From: a virus
Lineage: Duplodnaviria > Heunggongvirae > Uroviricota > Caudoviricetes
Length of the DNA: 64,000 bases
IMG/VR virus record: IMGVR_UViG_3300047557_002576
Strand: one strand, 5' to 3'
The position numbers and the translations under genes are program-made. This document shows, in pieces, positions 19,266 through 28,619 of this stretch. Every line of letters starts with the position of its first letter. The stretch's first letter is position 1. The notes under the pieces were generated by a model that was not told the DNA's origin, made no database searches, and saw nothing but the letters and a program-made list of their open reading frames with translations.

Positions 19266-19526
19266 TTGTGTGGGTCTCATGATATAACAATAGTATTATA
19301 TAATTATGTGTGGGTCTGTGAACTTTTGTGGAACCTGCTTGACTTTTTTGCGATCTCGTGGTAGAGTGCGGGGTTAGTGGCATATAAGGACTCATATTTA
19401 TAATGCTTATAAAACACGCAAATATATTTTTCCACAATTAAACTTAAGTTATCCACATAGTTGTTAAAAACATAAGAAGAAAACAAACTATATAAAAAAG
19501 AATAATATACTATACAAATAATACCA

Positions 19527-20339
19527 ATGTCTCAGGGTATAATCTACTTAATTACTAATAAAGTAAATGGTCACAAATACGTGGGACAAACTACTCAACC
19601 TATGAATAAAAGATGGTCTGCTCACATTCAAGAATCAATTAGAATGTCGAATAAACCATTACATAGAGCATTTCGCAAATATGGTGTAGATAAATTTGTA
19701 ATTAAACAAATTGATGAATGTGACATATCGATACTAAATGAAAGAGAAGAATATTGGATAAAACATTATAACACATTTGAAAGTGCTGAAGGGTACAATG
19801 CTACAAGTGGTGGAGATAGACCTTCTTTTAGTCAAGAAACTAAAGATAAACTATCAAATATAATGTCTGATATTGAAAGAACAGACATTTGGGTTAATAA
19901 TATTAAAAACTCACTCATCGAAAAAGCAAAAAAAGAATCTTGGGGATTTTTAAAAGAAAGTAATAGAGGAAATGGTAAGCACTCTGCTTTAAAAATAAAA
20001 GGAACAAATATTGAAACTGGTGAAATAAAAGAATGGAATAGTGTCTCAGAAGCAGCGATAGAAGTTGGTGGATCTGTTAAAAAGAATGGTAATATACTAC
20101 GTGCTGCTCGTAAAGGATATAAATGCTATGGTTACACTTGGGAAATATTAGAAGATAAAACTAAAAAGAAATCAATATTTGGGGTTAACAAAAAAACCAA
20201 AATGATTGGACCAAAATATGAAAGTATAAGACAAGCAGCAAGAGAAGTTGGTGATGGTGGTGCGGGAAGTGGAATTATAAAAAGTTTAAGGAATCCAGGA
20301 AAGTATAGTTGGAAAGGATATTATTGGTATTACCTATGA
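19527..20339 (+). CDS. GIY-YIG homing endonuclease (Seg/I-TevI-like), 270 aa
   Basis: GIIYLITNKVNGHKYVGQT is the GIY-YIG motif; C-terminal K-rich DNA-binding region. One of very few plus-strand genes. Confidence 0.8.
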   Translation: MSQGIIYLITNKVNGHKYVGQTTQPMNKRWSAHIQESIRMSNKPLHRAFRKYGVDKFVIKQIDECDISILNEREEYWIKHYNTFESAEGYNATSGGDRPSFSQETKDKLSNIMSDIERTDIWVNNIKNSLIEKAKKESWGFLKESNRGNGKHSALKIKGTNIETGEIKEWNSVSEAAIEVGGSVKKNGNILRAARKGYKCYGYTWEILEDKTKKKSIFGVNKKTKMIGPKYESIRQAAREVGDGGAGSGIIKSLRNPGKYSWKGYYWYYL

Positions 20340-20518
20340 GTAGAATTACAAAAAGACCACAAAACATGTGCTATAACTGTTGGTACACATGGTATCCAAG
20401 AGGTAAGAACATTAGTAACGTCTGTCCTAATTGTGGAAGTCGTAACGTTGGATTTGATTGGAGTGGTATACTATTATTCCTATTCCTATTGTTTATTCTT
20501 GCTATTCTTCTTAACTGA
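20336..20518 (+). CDS. small zinc-ribbon membrane protein (60 aa)
   Basis: ATG overlaps the endonuclease TGA (ATGA). CYNCWYTW...CPNCGS, then a hydrophobic C-terminal helix. Confidence 0.35.
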   Translation: MSRITKRPQNMCYNCWYTWYPRGKNISNVCPNCGSRNVGFDWSGILLFLFLLFILAILLN

Positions 20519-20704
20519 CATGATCTCTGGTTTTGGTTTCCATTCATGAAGACCATGACATTCGACACCTCTACGTATCATCTTCATCATTGCTTCTTGT
20601 GCAGATTGTAATGAGAAATAGACTGCACATTTTTTGGATTCCATATACGTATACTCCACATAATGAAAACCAGTCTTCAGTGGATCAGAGATGAATTGTT
20701 TCAT
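20486..20704 (-). CDS. hypothetical protein
   Basis: 72-aa ORF. Confidence 0.4.
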   Translation of the reverse strand: MKQFISDPLKTGFHYVEYTYMESKKCAVYFSLQSAQEAMMKMIRRGVECHGLHEWKPKPEIMSVKKNSKNKQ

Positions 20705-20881
20705 CGATCTTTGTAATATTGTTCAATTATTCTACATCCCTCAAATCATTTTCGTCAATCAAAATCATAGTTTCAAAGGGCATTAGTTCTTCTTCCCAAC
20801 AGTCCCAGTAAATATCCCCATAAGCATTTCCATCAGCAAATCCACAGGTTTCAGCAAGTTCAAGGATTTCTTCGTTAGTCA

Positions 20882-21121
20882 TTAGAATTTACCTCTCAGA
20901 TTGTGACAAATACGATGAATAGTTACAGATGCCAAATGCTCATCTGTATGACCAATTCCAATTTCTTCTACAACTTCACGCAGAGTAGAACGAATCTCAG
21001 ATGAGGTGATTTTGTCTTCATAAATGAGTTCAATCAATTCTGAAGCAATCATCACTCCAATTTCAAGTTCTTCACGGGGAGAAAGTGTTTGTCGCATTGG
21101 TGCAATGATTTGAGTTTTCAT
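20882..21121 (-). CDS. hypothetical protein
   Basis: 79 aa; ATGA overlap with the next gene. Confidence 0.5.
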   Translation of the reverse strand: MKTQIIAPMRQTLSPREELEIGVMIASELIELIYEDKITSSEIRSTLREVVEEIGIGHTDEHLASVTIHRICHNLRGKF

Positions 21122-21336
21122 TTTTGATATTCTTTAATAAGATCCGCAATCGCTTGAGCACAAATATTCAGAATTTCAGAATATTGTGGATTTATTTCAG
21201 CAGTTTTTCGGAGAAACTCTGCTGAGGTAAGAATTCCGTGAAAATAACCTTCTTTTGCAGCATCTTCTGCAATTTTCACCATTGAAGATTGAATTTCTTC
21301 AAAATCAATTTCATTCATTTTGTGTGAAGATGTCAT
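21118..21336 (-). CDS. hypothetical protein
   Basis: Track ORF to 21369 includes the translated -10 cassette (MMPYNTLIHKD). The true start is probably MTSSHK at 21336. Confidence 0.5.
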   Translation of the reverse strand: MTSSHKMNEIDFEEIQSSMVKIAEDAAKEGYFHGILTSAEFLRKTAEINPQYSEILNICAQAIADLIKEYQK

Positions 21337-21339
21337 ATC

Positions 21340-21415
21340 TTTGTGGATGAGAGTATTATAAGGCATCATAGGGACACTCAGAGCATCCCTGTGCCACTTA
21401 TGCTTGTGTCACAGG
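21340..21415 (-). promoter_or_regulatory. PeSL-like cassette: box GTGACACAAGCATAAGTGGCACAGGGA, hairpin, then TGATGCCTTATAATACTCTCATCCACAAAG
   Basis: Member of the recurrent cassette family. Confidence 0.5.
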
Positions 21416-21577
21416 AGCAAAGTAAATTTCGGTCATTTGTTGATCATACTCTTGTGCTGAATGAATGACATGAGTATGAATCGCAGGATCATCAATGTAA
21501 TGTGAAGTATTCTCAAGACTGGTAATCAGACGAGAACAGAGTTTCATCATTTCTTGAACTTTTTGTTCGTTAGTCAT
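21398..21577 (-). CDS. small protein (59 aa), paralogue of 21570..21737
   Basis: MTNEQKVQEMMKLCSRLITSLENT... versus MTDAQKVEALTELLSNVIHSLEMT... Confidence 0.4.
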   Translation of the reverse strand: MTNEQKVQEMMKLCSRLITSLENTSHYIDDPAIHTHVIHSAQEYDQQMTEIYFAPVTQA

Positions 21578-21737
21578 TGTGAAGAATGTCTATCATTTGT
21601 TGGTGATAGTGATCTGCCTCACGAACTACATTTGCTGCCTCTGATACATCTTCAATCTCATACTTTGTCATCTCCAGAGAGTGAATTACATTGGAAAGAA
21701 GTTCAGTTAATGCCTCAACTTTTTGTGCGTCAGTCAT
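21570..21737 (-). CDS. small protein (55 aa), paralogue of 21398..21577
   Basis: Tandem duplicate; the stop overlaps the next start. Confidence 0.4.
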   Translation of the reverse strand: MTDAQKVEALTELLSNVIHSLEMTKYEIEDVSEAANVVREADHYHQQMIDILHND

Positions 21738-21955
21738 TTCAATAAATCCATCACTGGTTTACATTCTTCGGCATCAAACTCTTGTCCAACAGGCATTTCA
21801 TAAATCAAATGACCATATTTACCACCACGATAAAGATGATGAGAATCGGCAGCATCTTTGGCATCTTGAAGAGTGCGAAACAATCCTACAGGAAAATTGT
21901 AAGATCGTTTATCACCCATACGATATGCCCAAACACAGAATAAATTGTCAGTCAT
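21734..21955 (-). CDS. hypothetical protein
   Basis: 73 aa; ATGA-type coupling. Confidence 0.5.
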   Translation of the reverse strand: MTDNLFCVWAYRMGDKRSYNFPVGLFRTLQDAKDAADSHHLYRGGKYGHLIYEMPVGQEFDAEECKPVMDLLK

Positions 21956-22320
21956 TTTACACCAAGCAGTTCTTTCTCTTCATCAGTCAAACGAGCAAGC
22001 AATTCTTTACGTTTTTGTGCTTTCATTTCTTTCTCTTTTTGTTCTTCAAGTTCATCATCTAAGATTCTATTCATCGTGTCAAAATCATAATCTCCCTCCT
22101 CCCAAGTAGACTCACCTTTATTAGTGATGAAAACAGTTAGATAATACCTGTCATTGTCATCGTGCCAGTTATGACGTAGAGAGATGTAATAACCTTCGTC
22201 TGTTTTACGAAAAATTATATCAGAGGGGCAGAGTTTCTGTGCTTTACAGAGAAAATCCAGAAGTTCAGTTGCGGTAATCATCGTTGTGAAAATGAGTTGA
22301 GTTGATAGGCAAGATAACAT
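21952..22320 (-). CDS. hypothetical protein
   Basis: 122 aa. Confidence 0.5.
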   Translation of the reverse strand: MLSCLSTQLIFTTMITATELLDFLCKAQKLCPSDIIFRKTDEGYYISLRHNWHDDNDRYYLTVFITNKGESTWEEGDYDFDTMNRILDDELEEQKEKEMKAQKRKELLARLTDEEKELLGVK

Positions 22321-22419
22321 GCTTCTTCAATAGATTTGCATGTTTTGCAACAATATGAAAAACCAAGTGGAAGATCACGGTAGATTCGATTCTCTTCCAC
22401 TCGATAAGAACCTTTTGCC

Positions 22420-22608
22420 TTAAGAAACTGATTCAGTAGAAATCTTATCACGACGTTGAAGTTCAGCGATGAGTCGATTTAAGTAAGCATCACATTCAGG
22501 ACTGTCGATGATACAAGTATCTGCAATTTCGGCAGAAATATCAGAATCTGGAATATCCTTGAGTTCTTCATCAGTCCAGAAGGAAGGAGGAAAAGCAAAC
22601 ATCATCAA
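22420..22608 (-). CDS. hypothetical protein
   Basis: 62 aa. Confidence 0.4.
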   Translation of the reverse strand: MMMFAFPPSFWTDEELKDIPDSDISAEIADTCIIDSPECDAYLNRLIAELQRRDKISTESVS

Positions 22609-22829
22609 CCTCCACCATAAACATAAGACACAACACCAGCAGAATGATTGACACCTTCAATTACTTTGATTGGTGCTTCATTAAACTCTTTTTGTCGTTT
22701 TTCCCTGCTATAATCAGAAGAAAACTGTGTCATGAAGATAGATTCACAATGAGGCATGGATTCAGCAGCGATCACACACATACCAGGAGTGTAATCATAG
22801 AGAACACTGTTGATGATGTAGAGGTTCAT
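22605..22829 (-). CDS. hypothetical protein
   Basis: 74 aa; coupled. Confidence 0.45.
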   Translation of the reverse strand: MNLYIINSVLYDYTPGMCVIAAESMPHCESIFMTQFSSDYSREKRQKEFNEAPIKVIEGVNHSAGVVSYVYGGG

Positions 22830-22833
22830 GGTT

Positions 22834-23025
22834 TTAATTGTCTAATTCATAAACAAGTTGAGTGAGTTCTTCTAAAAGTTCGGGAGTGAACTTTTCGACA
22901 ATTGGTTCATTAATCTTATCTGCATAATACAGATCACACTCATAATCATAAGCAAGTTCATCATCGAAGTGTGCAAGATTCTCAAGTTGTTGTTCAATAC
23001 TGCGAATCAATTGATCTTGTATCAT
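22834..23025 (-). CDS. hypothetical acidic protein
   Basis: 63 aa. Confidence 0.45.
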   Translation of the reverse strand: MIQDQLIRSIEQQLENLAHFDDELAYDYECDLYYADKINEPIVEKFTPELLEELTQLVYELDN

Positions 23026-23366
23026 CGGATGTAGAGATACTTTTTGTTTTCAATCATATGATCCAGAACTTGTGCAAGTTTCTGTTCATAGGTTGAATTG
23101 TGATTCTTCAGACATTCTGTGTAGGCATCATGAAGACGAGCATACAGATCATCCCAGTGTTGCTTGTCAATGCCAGTTACCTCAGCAATAGTTTCAACTT
23201 CCCAATCTGGAAGTATGCTATACATCCATTCAATGTGTTCATTGAATTCAGAATCTTTCAATTCATCAGTACGATTGATTCGTTCACTTACTGCAAGTGC
23301 GTCTTCTTTTGTATCAAATGTCAATTGACAAGTTCGTGTTTCTGTAACTAAAACATTGTAAGTCAT
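23022..23366 (-). CDS. hypothetical protein
   Basis: 114 aa. Confidence 0.5.
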   Translation of the reverse strand: MTYNVLVTETRTCQLTFDTKEDALAVSERINRTDELKDSEFNEHIEWMYSILPDWEVETIAEVTGIDKQHWDDLYARLHDAYTECLKNHNSTYEQKLAQVLDHMIENKKYLYIR

Positions 23367-23609
23367 GATTCAGTCCTCAGGGTAAAGTTTCCAACCGTCA
23401 GGGTTTAGACCAAACATTTCACATTGCTGCTCATAAGCGACACGTTGAAGAGTTTGGAGATCAGTGTTCAGAATAGCGTTCTGAATGGAGCGACGCATCT
23501 GAGCGTCTTGAGTGGTGTCCGTAATCATCAGAGGTGTGTTCCGATTACCTCTGTATTATAGGGGTATTGGAGGGGCAGGGGGAGGGGTCTTGTGACAGTT
23601 GTAAAAGTG

Positions 23610-24632
23610 TCAGTCTGCGAGTCCAACTCCACCAATTCCAAATCTTCCACCCGCTCCAGGAGTATATGATCTCGTATTAGATGCAGATCCGGTATTGGAA
23701 AGAGATCCTGAAAGTTTTGATTTGATTCTACTTGAGAGTTTTGGTTTTGGAGTGATTGGTTTTGGAATACTTGGTGCAGTAATAGGTGAAGTATTTTTTA
23801 ATGCTTTAATAGCAGCATTTGCACTTGGTCTGGATGGTTTTGCAGGAGCAATCTTTCTTGGTTCAACTTTGTTTGACCATGCTAATTTAGGTTTATGTGC
23901 TCTCTCTGCGTTAAGATCATCAATTTTTCTACTATTTGCATAACTTGTTTCAAGATCTCCAGAAAGTGGTGTAACTCTTTGAACACCTTTTTCGGATTGT
24001 TTTCGTGATGGTGGACGATTTACGGAAGCATATTGTCTTCCAAGAGATCCAACTTTTCCAAAACCTGCAACGCTTGAATATAGTTTTGATCTTGTATTTC
24101 GATCACTTGTATCATTGGAAAGTGGGAAATTTGTTAAAACTGAATTATTTGGAATTCGTGGAGCAACTTGATTTCTCCACATATTTGTAACATCTCTTAC
24201 AACTCTTCTTGCCTCTCCTGGATTATGTTTTTGTTTCATTGAATAATTACTCCATTCAACATCATAAACTGGTTTTTTGTCTGGAGAGATTTGATTTTTT
24301 TGATATATTCTCATTTCAACGTCACCCTTTTGATCACGCACTCTCATATAACTTGGACCTTCTCCAGATACATCATATCGACCACTTTTATCTGGACGTA
24401 AATTAAAGTTTGGATTATTTGCACCACGACTGACTTCTTGATTTCTTCTCTGCACTTGTTTTATTATTCTATCAAAGTGTTGAGGATTTTGTCTTCCTCC
24501 TCTAAAATACTCACCCTTTTGTCGATAATAAGAAGACGTTGCTTTACCATACGGTGTCTTTCCAGATGGTAAAGGTTCATCTGGTTCATAATATCTTTCT
24601 GCAATATGAATAAACTCTTTAAAGGTTTTCAT
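23610..24632 (-). CDS. internal-head-protein-like highly basic disordered protein (module B2) with T4 capsid-targeting-like N-terminus MKTFKEFIHIAE
   Basis: 340 aa, low complexity, K/R/S/G/P-rich. N-terminus resembles the T4 IPIII capsid-targeting sequence MKTYQEFIAE with an L/I-x-E cleavage motif. TATAAATA sits 25 nt upstream. Confidence 0.55.
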   Translation of the reverse strand: MKTFKEFIHIAERYYEPDEPLPSGKTPYGKATSSYYRQKGEYFRGGRQNPQHFDRIIKQVQRRNQEVSRGANNPNFNLRPDKSGRYDVSGEGPSYMRVRDQKGDVEMRIYQKNQISPDKKPVYDVEWSNYSMKQKHNPGEARRVVRDVTNMWRNQVAPRIPNNSVLTNFPLSNDTSDRNTRSKLYSSVAGFGKVGSLGRQYASVNRPPSRKQSEKGVQRVTPLSGDLETSYANSRKIDDLNAERAHKPKLAWSNKVEPRKIAPAKPSRPSANAAIKALKNTSPITAPSIPKPITPKPKLSSRIKSKLSGSLSNTGSASNTRSYTPGAGGRFGIGGVGLAD

Positions 24633-25060
24633 ATAAAAATGTCTTTTAAATTATTTATACCTAAGGTTTCTATGATATCATCCAATTCTTGCTCACTAAT
24701 TTCATTTATAACTTCACAACTTACATAAATTCGATCAGGAACAAATCCAAAATAACCCTGCAACCAGGGACATAACCATACACTCATACCAGAAAGGTCA
24801 TCTGAATATGTGGATCCAAACTCGTCCGTTTTAATTAAATTAATTTTTGTAATTGCATCATTAAATTTATCGGTGCTTAAATAAAAACTAATTTTATCTT
24901 CAAATTTAGATTGTTTTTTAGTCATTAATTCATAATACCAGTCAATTGCATATTCAGTTCCATTACATAATGCTTCAGCAATAGTGTCATTATGTTCATG
25001 ATCAAATGCCCAAATACCCGATTGAGTTTTGTAAGCGATTAAGTTAAGAGTTTTTGGCAT
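24629..25060 (-). CDS. hypothetical protein (module A2), paralogue of 26145..26597
   Basis: IAYKTQSGIWAFDHEHNDTIAEALCNGTE...WLCPWLQGYFGF shared with A1. ATGA overlap with B2. Confidence 0.55.
   Translation of the reverse strand: MPKTLNLIAYKTQSGIWAFDHEHNDTIAEALCNGTEYAIDWYYELMTKKQSKFEDKISFYLSTDKFNDAITKINLIKTDEFGSTYSDDLSGMSVWLCPWLQGYFGFVPDRIYVSCEVINEISEQELDDIIETLGINNLKDIFI
24652..24659 (-). promoter_or_regulatory. T4-type late promoter TATAAATA for B2
   Basis: Reverse complement of tatttata, about 25 nt upstream of the ATG at 24632, inside the 3' end of A2. Confidence 0.5.
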
Positions 25061-25144
25061 AAAACTACTAAAGATATATTTTTATTATAGCACCATCATT
25101 TGAATTGAAGAAAGATCTTATGTCAGTTGTGAAAGTGTCAGTAA

Positions 25145-26170
25145 CTACTTGACATCGCCACCGACTGCACCAATCATTCCTCTTACACGACCAGTTGGAT
25201 CTAATGGTTGAACTCTTCTACCAAAACGTCGAGCATACATTTTCTCTCTTTGCTTAATTCCTTGTTGTGGATTTTCCCCAGACATCATTGGGGATGGTTG
25301 TCCACTAATAATATCACCTTTTTGTGCTCCTGCTTTTTCTAAATTTTTTGCAAGATCTTTCTGTGCCTTTACGAAGTTTCTACCTCTCTTCATTGCATAC
25401 TTATCCATTTCACCTTTATATAAAGTTGCATCAGATCTTTGAATAAAATCAACTTTATGAACTGGTTGCCTTTCATTTCCACCAGTTTTCACAATGCGAC
25501 GACGAAGTTCTTTCATATTTCTTGCAATCTCATTAGTTGATGGAACTCTTCTTTGTGTGCGATAAAAAGTTCCTAAAGATGCTTTCGGTCTTTTAACTGG
25601 TTCAGGTCGTTTTGATCCAATTGATCTTGCCGCTGCTACTCTACCTGATGGTAGAGTTTCGATTTGAGTATCAACCTGAGTATTGCTTTTTGGATGAGCA
25701 AATCCGTCTGGATACTTATCTGTCGGATAAGTTGTATAATTTTTATTACTTGTATTAAAGTCTACGCGATTTTTATTTCCACCACCCTTAAACCCTGCTT
25801 TTCTAGCGGCAGATCTTGCCATTGTAATGTTGCGACTTCTAGGGTCAGCACCTGAAATAGATGTTGCATCCTTATTGCCCCAATATGAAACACGTCTTCT
25901 GTATTCTTTTTGTTTATTGGAATCAAAAAAATTAGACTTTGGATTAATTTCTGCAGTTTTAACTTGCTTATCTCCTACACTCTTCCAAGTTTCTCCTCTT
26001 TCAACACGACTCATCGTCGTACTTGGTCTTACATTTCTTGATACTCTTGCTGCAGACGTAATTCTACGACCACCATCAGCAGTTTTTGCTACTTTTGATG
26101 CTACTTTAGCACCTCTAAGTGCTAATCTTGCGAGAGCAGATTCTTCAAGAAACTCCTGAAATGTTTTCAT
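25145..26170 (-). CDS. internal-head-protein-like highly basic disordered protein (module B1), N-terminus MKTFQEFLEE
   Basis: 341 aa; same composition and N-terminal motif as B2. Confidence 0.55.
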   Translation of the reverse strand: MKTFQEFLEESALARLALRGAKVASKVAKTADGGRRITSAARVSRNVRPSTTMSRVERGETWKSVGDKQVKTAEINPKSNFFDSNKQKEYRRRVSYWGNKDATSISGADPRSRNITMARSAARKAGFKGGGNKNRVDFNTSNKNYTTYPTDKYPDGFAHPKSNTQVDTQIETLPSGRVAAARSIGSKRPEPVKRPKASLGTFYRTQRRVPSTNEIARNMKELRRRIVKTGGNERQPVHKVDFIQRSDATLYKGEMDKYAMKRGRNFVKAQKDLAKNLEKAGAQKGDIISGQPSPMMSGENPQQGIKQREKMYARRFGRRVQPLDPTGRVRGMIGAVGGDVK

Positions 26171-26597
26171 CTTTTGCTTTTTTTAAATATTTAGCAAAAG
26201 GATTTGAATAGTTCTTGTTAATATTTTTTAATCCTTTGTTAAGTGGCGTAAGTTTAATATACAATTCAGATGGAATGAATCCAAAATATGATTGCAACCA
26301 AGGACATAACCAAACATTTTCAAATAAAACCATGTCAAGATAAGTAGTTCCTTCATTATCAGTTTTTTGAAATGAAAGAATAGTATCAGATTCTTTTAAT
26401 TCTTCAATACTTGCTATAATTTCAATTTCATCACCAACCTTTGGTTTTCTACTTGAAAATAATTCAAAATATTCATCAATTACTGATTCAGTCCCATTAC
26501 ATAACGGTTCAGCAATTGTGCTATTGTGCTCATGATCAAATGCCCAAATTTGCGAATCAGTTTTGTAAGCGATGAATTTAATAGTGTTCATTGTCAA
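26145..26597 (-). CDS. hypothetical protein (module A1)
   Basis: Paralogue of A2; overlaps the B1 start. Confidence 0.55.
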   Translation of the reverse strand: MTMNTIKFIAYKTDSQIWAFDHEHNSTIAEPLCNGTESVIDEYFELFSSRKPKVGDEIEIIASIEELKESDTILSFQKTDNEGTTYLDMVLFENVWLCPWLQSYFGFIPSELYIKLTPLNKGLKNINKNYSNPFAKYLKKAKDENISGVS

Positions 26598-26609
26598 GAA
26601 ATTAAAATT

Positions 26610-26777
26610 TTAAACTGTGTACTTTCCAACTTCACGATTAAGATACCTTCTCAGTTTTGTGAGTCTTGGATTCTGTAACTTTTGAGATGGTGTTTGATAC
26701 ATGTCGTCTTCATGACGAGTCAGTTCATACTGCCTTCTTTTTGCAACGTCCTCAGAAAACTGGAAGAATGTCTTCAT
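26610..26777 (-). CDS. small basic protein (55 aa) with N-terminus MKTFFQFSED
   Basis: ATG at 26775-26777; GATAAATA box upstream. Fourth ORF with the MK(T/S)F.(E/D)F start. Confidence 0.4.
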   Translation of the reverse strand: MKTFFQFSEDVAKRRQYELTRHEDDMYQTPSQKLQNPRLTKLRRYLNREVGKYTV

Positions 26778-26788
26778 AGTTTTTCTTT

Positions 26789-27709
26789 TTATTTATCCCA
26801 TGCTTTCACTTTGTTGAAGTTTGCATGAGAGAACAGACGGCGATTGACAAATTTTACAAGGATCTCATCACTTCGAAGAACAAATCCTTCTTGATTGATT
26901 CGTTCACCATTTAGGTAAGAATCTGGGGAATTATCAGAACGACAGAAATGTAGAAAGTCAAGTTTCACACTTTCAGCAAGTTTCCAGAGGGAAATAAGGG
27001 CAGGATTCTCAAACTCATTAGGATTGATATCACGACCCTCACGAATTGCAGAGTTGATTTGTCTCTGAATCTCTTTCGATTCCTTAGGAGTTGCAAACTC
27101 CACAAGAGTTCCCATTTGCTTAATGAACGAAACTATTTCTACAAAGTCATCACGTTCTGCAATTAAGTGAGCGGTATTATCAACAAATAGAACACAATCA
27201 TCACTCTCAAGTTGAGGGGCAGAACCTACCACATAAGCATCTTTTAATTCACTTTCTGTTGCCCACTCAGTGTGAACAGATACAATAATCTTCTGAGAAA
27301 CTATCTCTGGAAACTTATAGGTGATGGTGTTGGGAGTATACTCATCTGATCCAGAAAATCCCAGAAAATCGCATTGAAAAATTTTATTTGTGCGAGGAAG
27401 ATAATCAAAGCAAGCGTGTAGAATATCTGCAACTTGTCCATCAAAGAGATTATCAATTTCCTGATGAGAATGACAAAGTTTAATCTTTACTTTATTAAAT
27501 GCAGATTTAGTGGATATACAAAACTTACCAGTCGCAGGATTAGTACCAAAAGCAATACTTGGAGAACCGTCAATTTTGGTTGAAAGATGAAAGTCTCCAA
27601 GAATAGCATCTAGGGCACGAAAGTCACCCGTCAGCAGATAATCTTCAAAATGATTTTGATGCAAATTTTGCATTGGATGTGTTTCTTTGATACTTATAGT
27701 ATGGCACAA
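26789..27709 (-). CDS. ATP-dependent RNA/DNA ligase-like nucleotidyltransferase
   Basis: KIDGS (motif I KxDG), EGFVLR (motif IV), LVKFV (motif V). Likely start is the internal MQNLHQ. Confidence 0.5.
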   Translation of the reverse strand: MCHTISIKETHPMQNLHQNHFEDYLLTGDFRALDAILGDFHLSTKIDGSPSIAFGTNPATGKFCISTKSAFNKVKIKLCHSHQEIDNLFDGQVADILHACFDYLPRTNKIFQCDFLGFSGSDEYTPNTITYKFPEIVSQKIIVSVHTEWATESELKDAYVVGSAPQLESDDCVLFVDNTAHLIAERDDFVEIVSFIKQMGTLVEFATPKESKEIQRQINSAIREGRDINPNEFENPALISLWKLAESVKLDFLHFCRSDNSPDSYLNGERINQEGFVLRSDEILVKFVNRRLFSHANFNKVKAWDK

Positions 27710-27711
27710 AG

Positions 27712-28476
27712 TCAGGAGGACCGCAAGGGGTCCTGTGTCAGTTCAGCGACCGTCCATCCTTTATGGTTAGATGCTTTTCTATTAATTACATTGTGTAGAG
27801 ATTTTCTGTCTAACGAATACTTTTCACAAAATTTTCGTAAGGTAGTATATTCCTCCACAATTTCACCAGTTGGAGATATAAATCTCCACATTTTATAGTG
27901 TCTTTTTATTATTTTGTCTTTAGTCTTTTGAGTGTGTTTTTTGCCATAAAAATGATTATCATCTCCTCTCATAGAGTTTGCTTTTTTTAATTTTAATTCA
28001 TCACTCCATATTCTACCTATATGAGTATTTCTTATTTTTTCTTTAGACTCTTCGGTATGAGTTTTTCCATACATTGGATTTTTTTCACCTTTAACTGCAT
28101 TACTCCATTTTTCATAACTACATTCAGTAAATACTCCAGTTTCCCATTTTCTTTTAGTTTCTTCACCAATTCTTTTCTTACGTTCTTCACTGAAGACTAT
28201 TCCACTTGCTCCTTCACCACCATCAGTTCTATTATAAAGAATACCAGTGCCTAAATCTTTCCTACCAAACACGGCAATCATATACTTCTCGTGTTTGAAT
28301 GCTTCTTCTTCAGTTAAATTTTGTTTGAGAAATATAATTCTGAATTTATCTTTTGGTAGGTTTATTCCGTCTTGATGTTTATTATATGCACGATTTTTAG
28401 TTCCTTTACCTATGTAATAAGGACTTCCATCCTTACGCAAGTAAGCATAAGTATAAAACCTGTTAGGATTTATCAT
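27712..28476 (-). CDS. GIY-YIG homing endonuclease
   Basis: FYTYAYLRKDGSPYYIGKG, then repeated GxxHxEExKxKI NUMOD3-like units. Confidence 0.75.
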   Translation of the reverse strand: MINPNRFYTYAYLRKDGSPYYIGKGTKNRAYNKHQDGINLPKDKFRIIFLKQNLTEEEAFKHEKYMIAVFGRKDLGTGILYNRTDGGEGASGIVFSEERKKRIGEETKRKWETGVFTECSYEKWSNAVKGEKNPMYGKTHTEESKEKIRNTHIGRIWSDELKLKKANSMRGDDNHFYGKKHTQKTKDKIIKRHYKMWRFISPTGEIVEEYTTLRKFCEKYSLDRKSLHNVINRKASNHKGWTVAELTQDPLRSS

Positions 28477-28501
28477 AGTTCTGCTTTATATGTCGCAGTG
28501 G

Positions 28502-28537
28502 TATTTATACTAAAAGAGGGGCATTTCTACCCCTCAA
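28502..28537 (-). promoter_or_regulatory. hairpin (GAGGGG-CATTTCTA-CCCCTC) followed by TTTT and TATAAATA late promoter; leader TACCACTGCGACATATAAAGCAGAACT-ATG
   Basis: Same module as in front of the Seg-like paralogues. Confidence 0.55.
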
Positions 28538-28619
28538 TGTTGCTTTAGTTGCGACACATAAGCATCATTATTTATTATAAAGAGCACCCCAACTAACCAA
28601 GATGCCCCATGTGACAGTT

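Noticed and set aside
19003-19486. ORFs 19003..19206, 19213..19437 and 19304..19486
   Set aside because: They lie in the palindromic iteron cluster and an AT-rich spacer. Their amino-acid strings are repeat-driven (DYDLDYSY...) and there are no expression signals.
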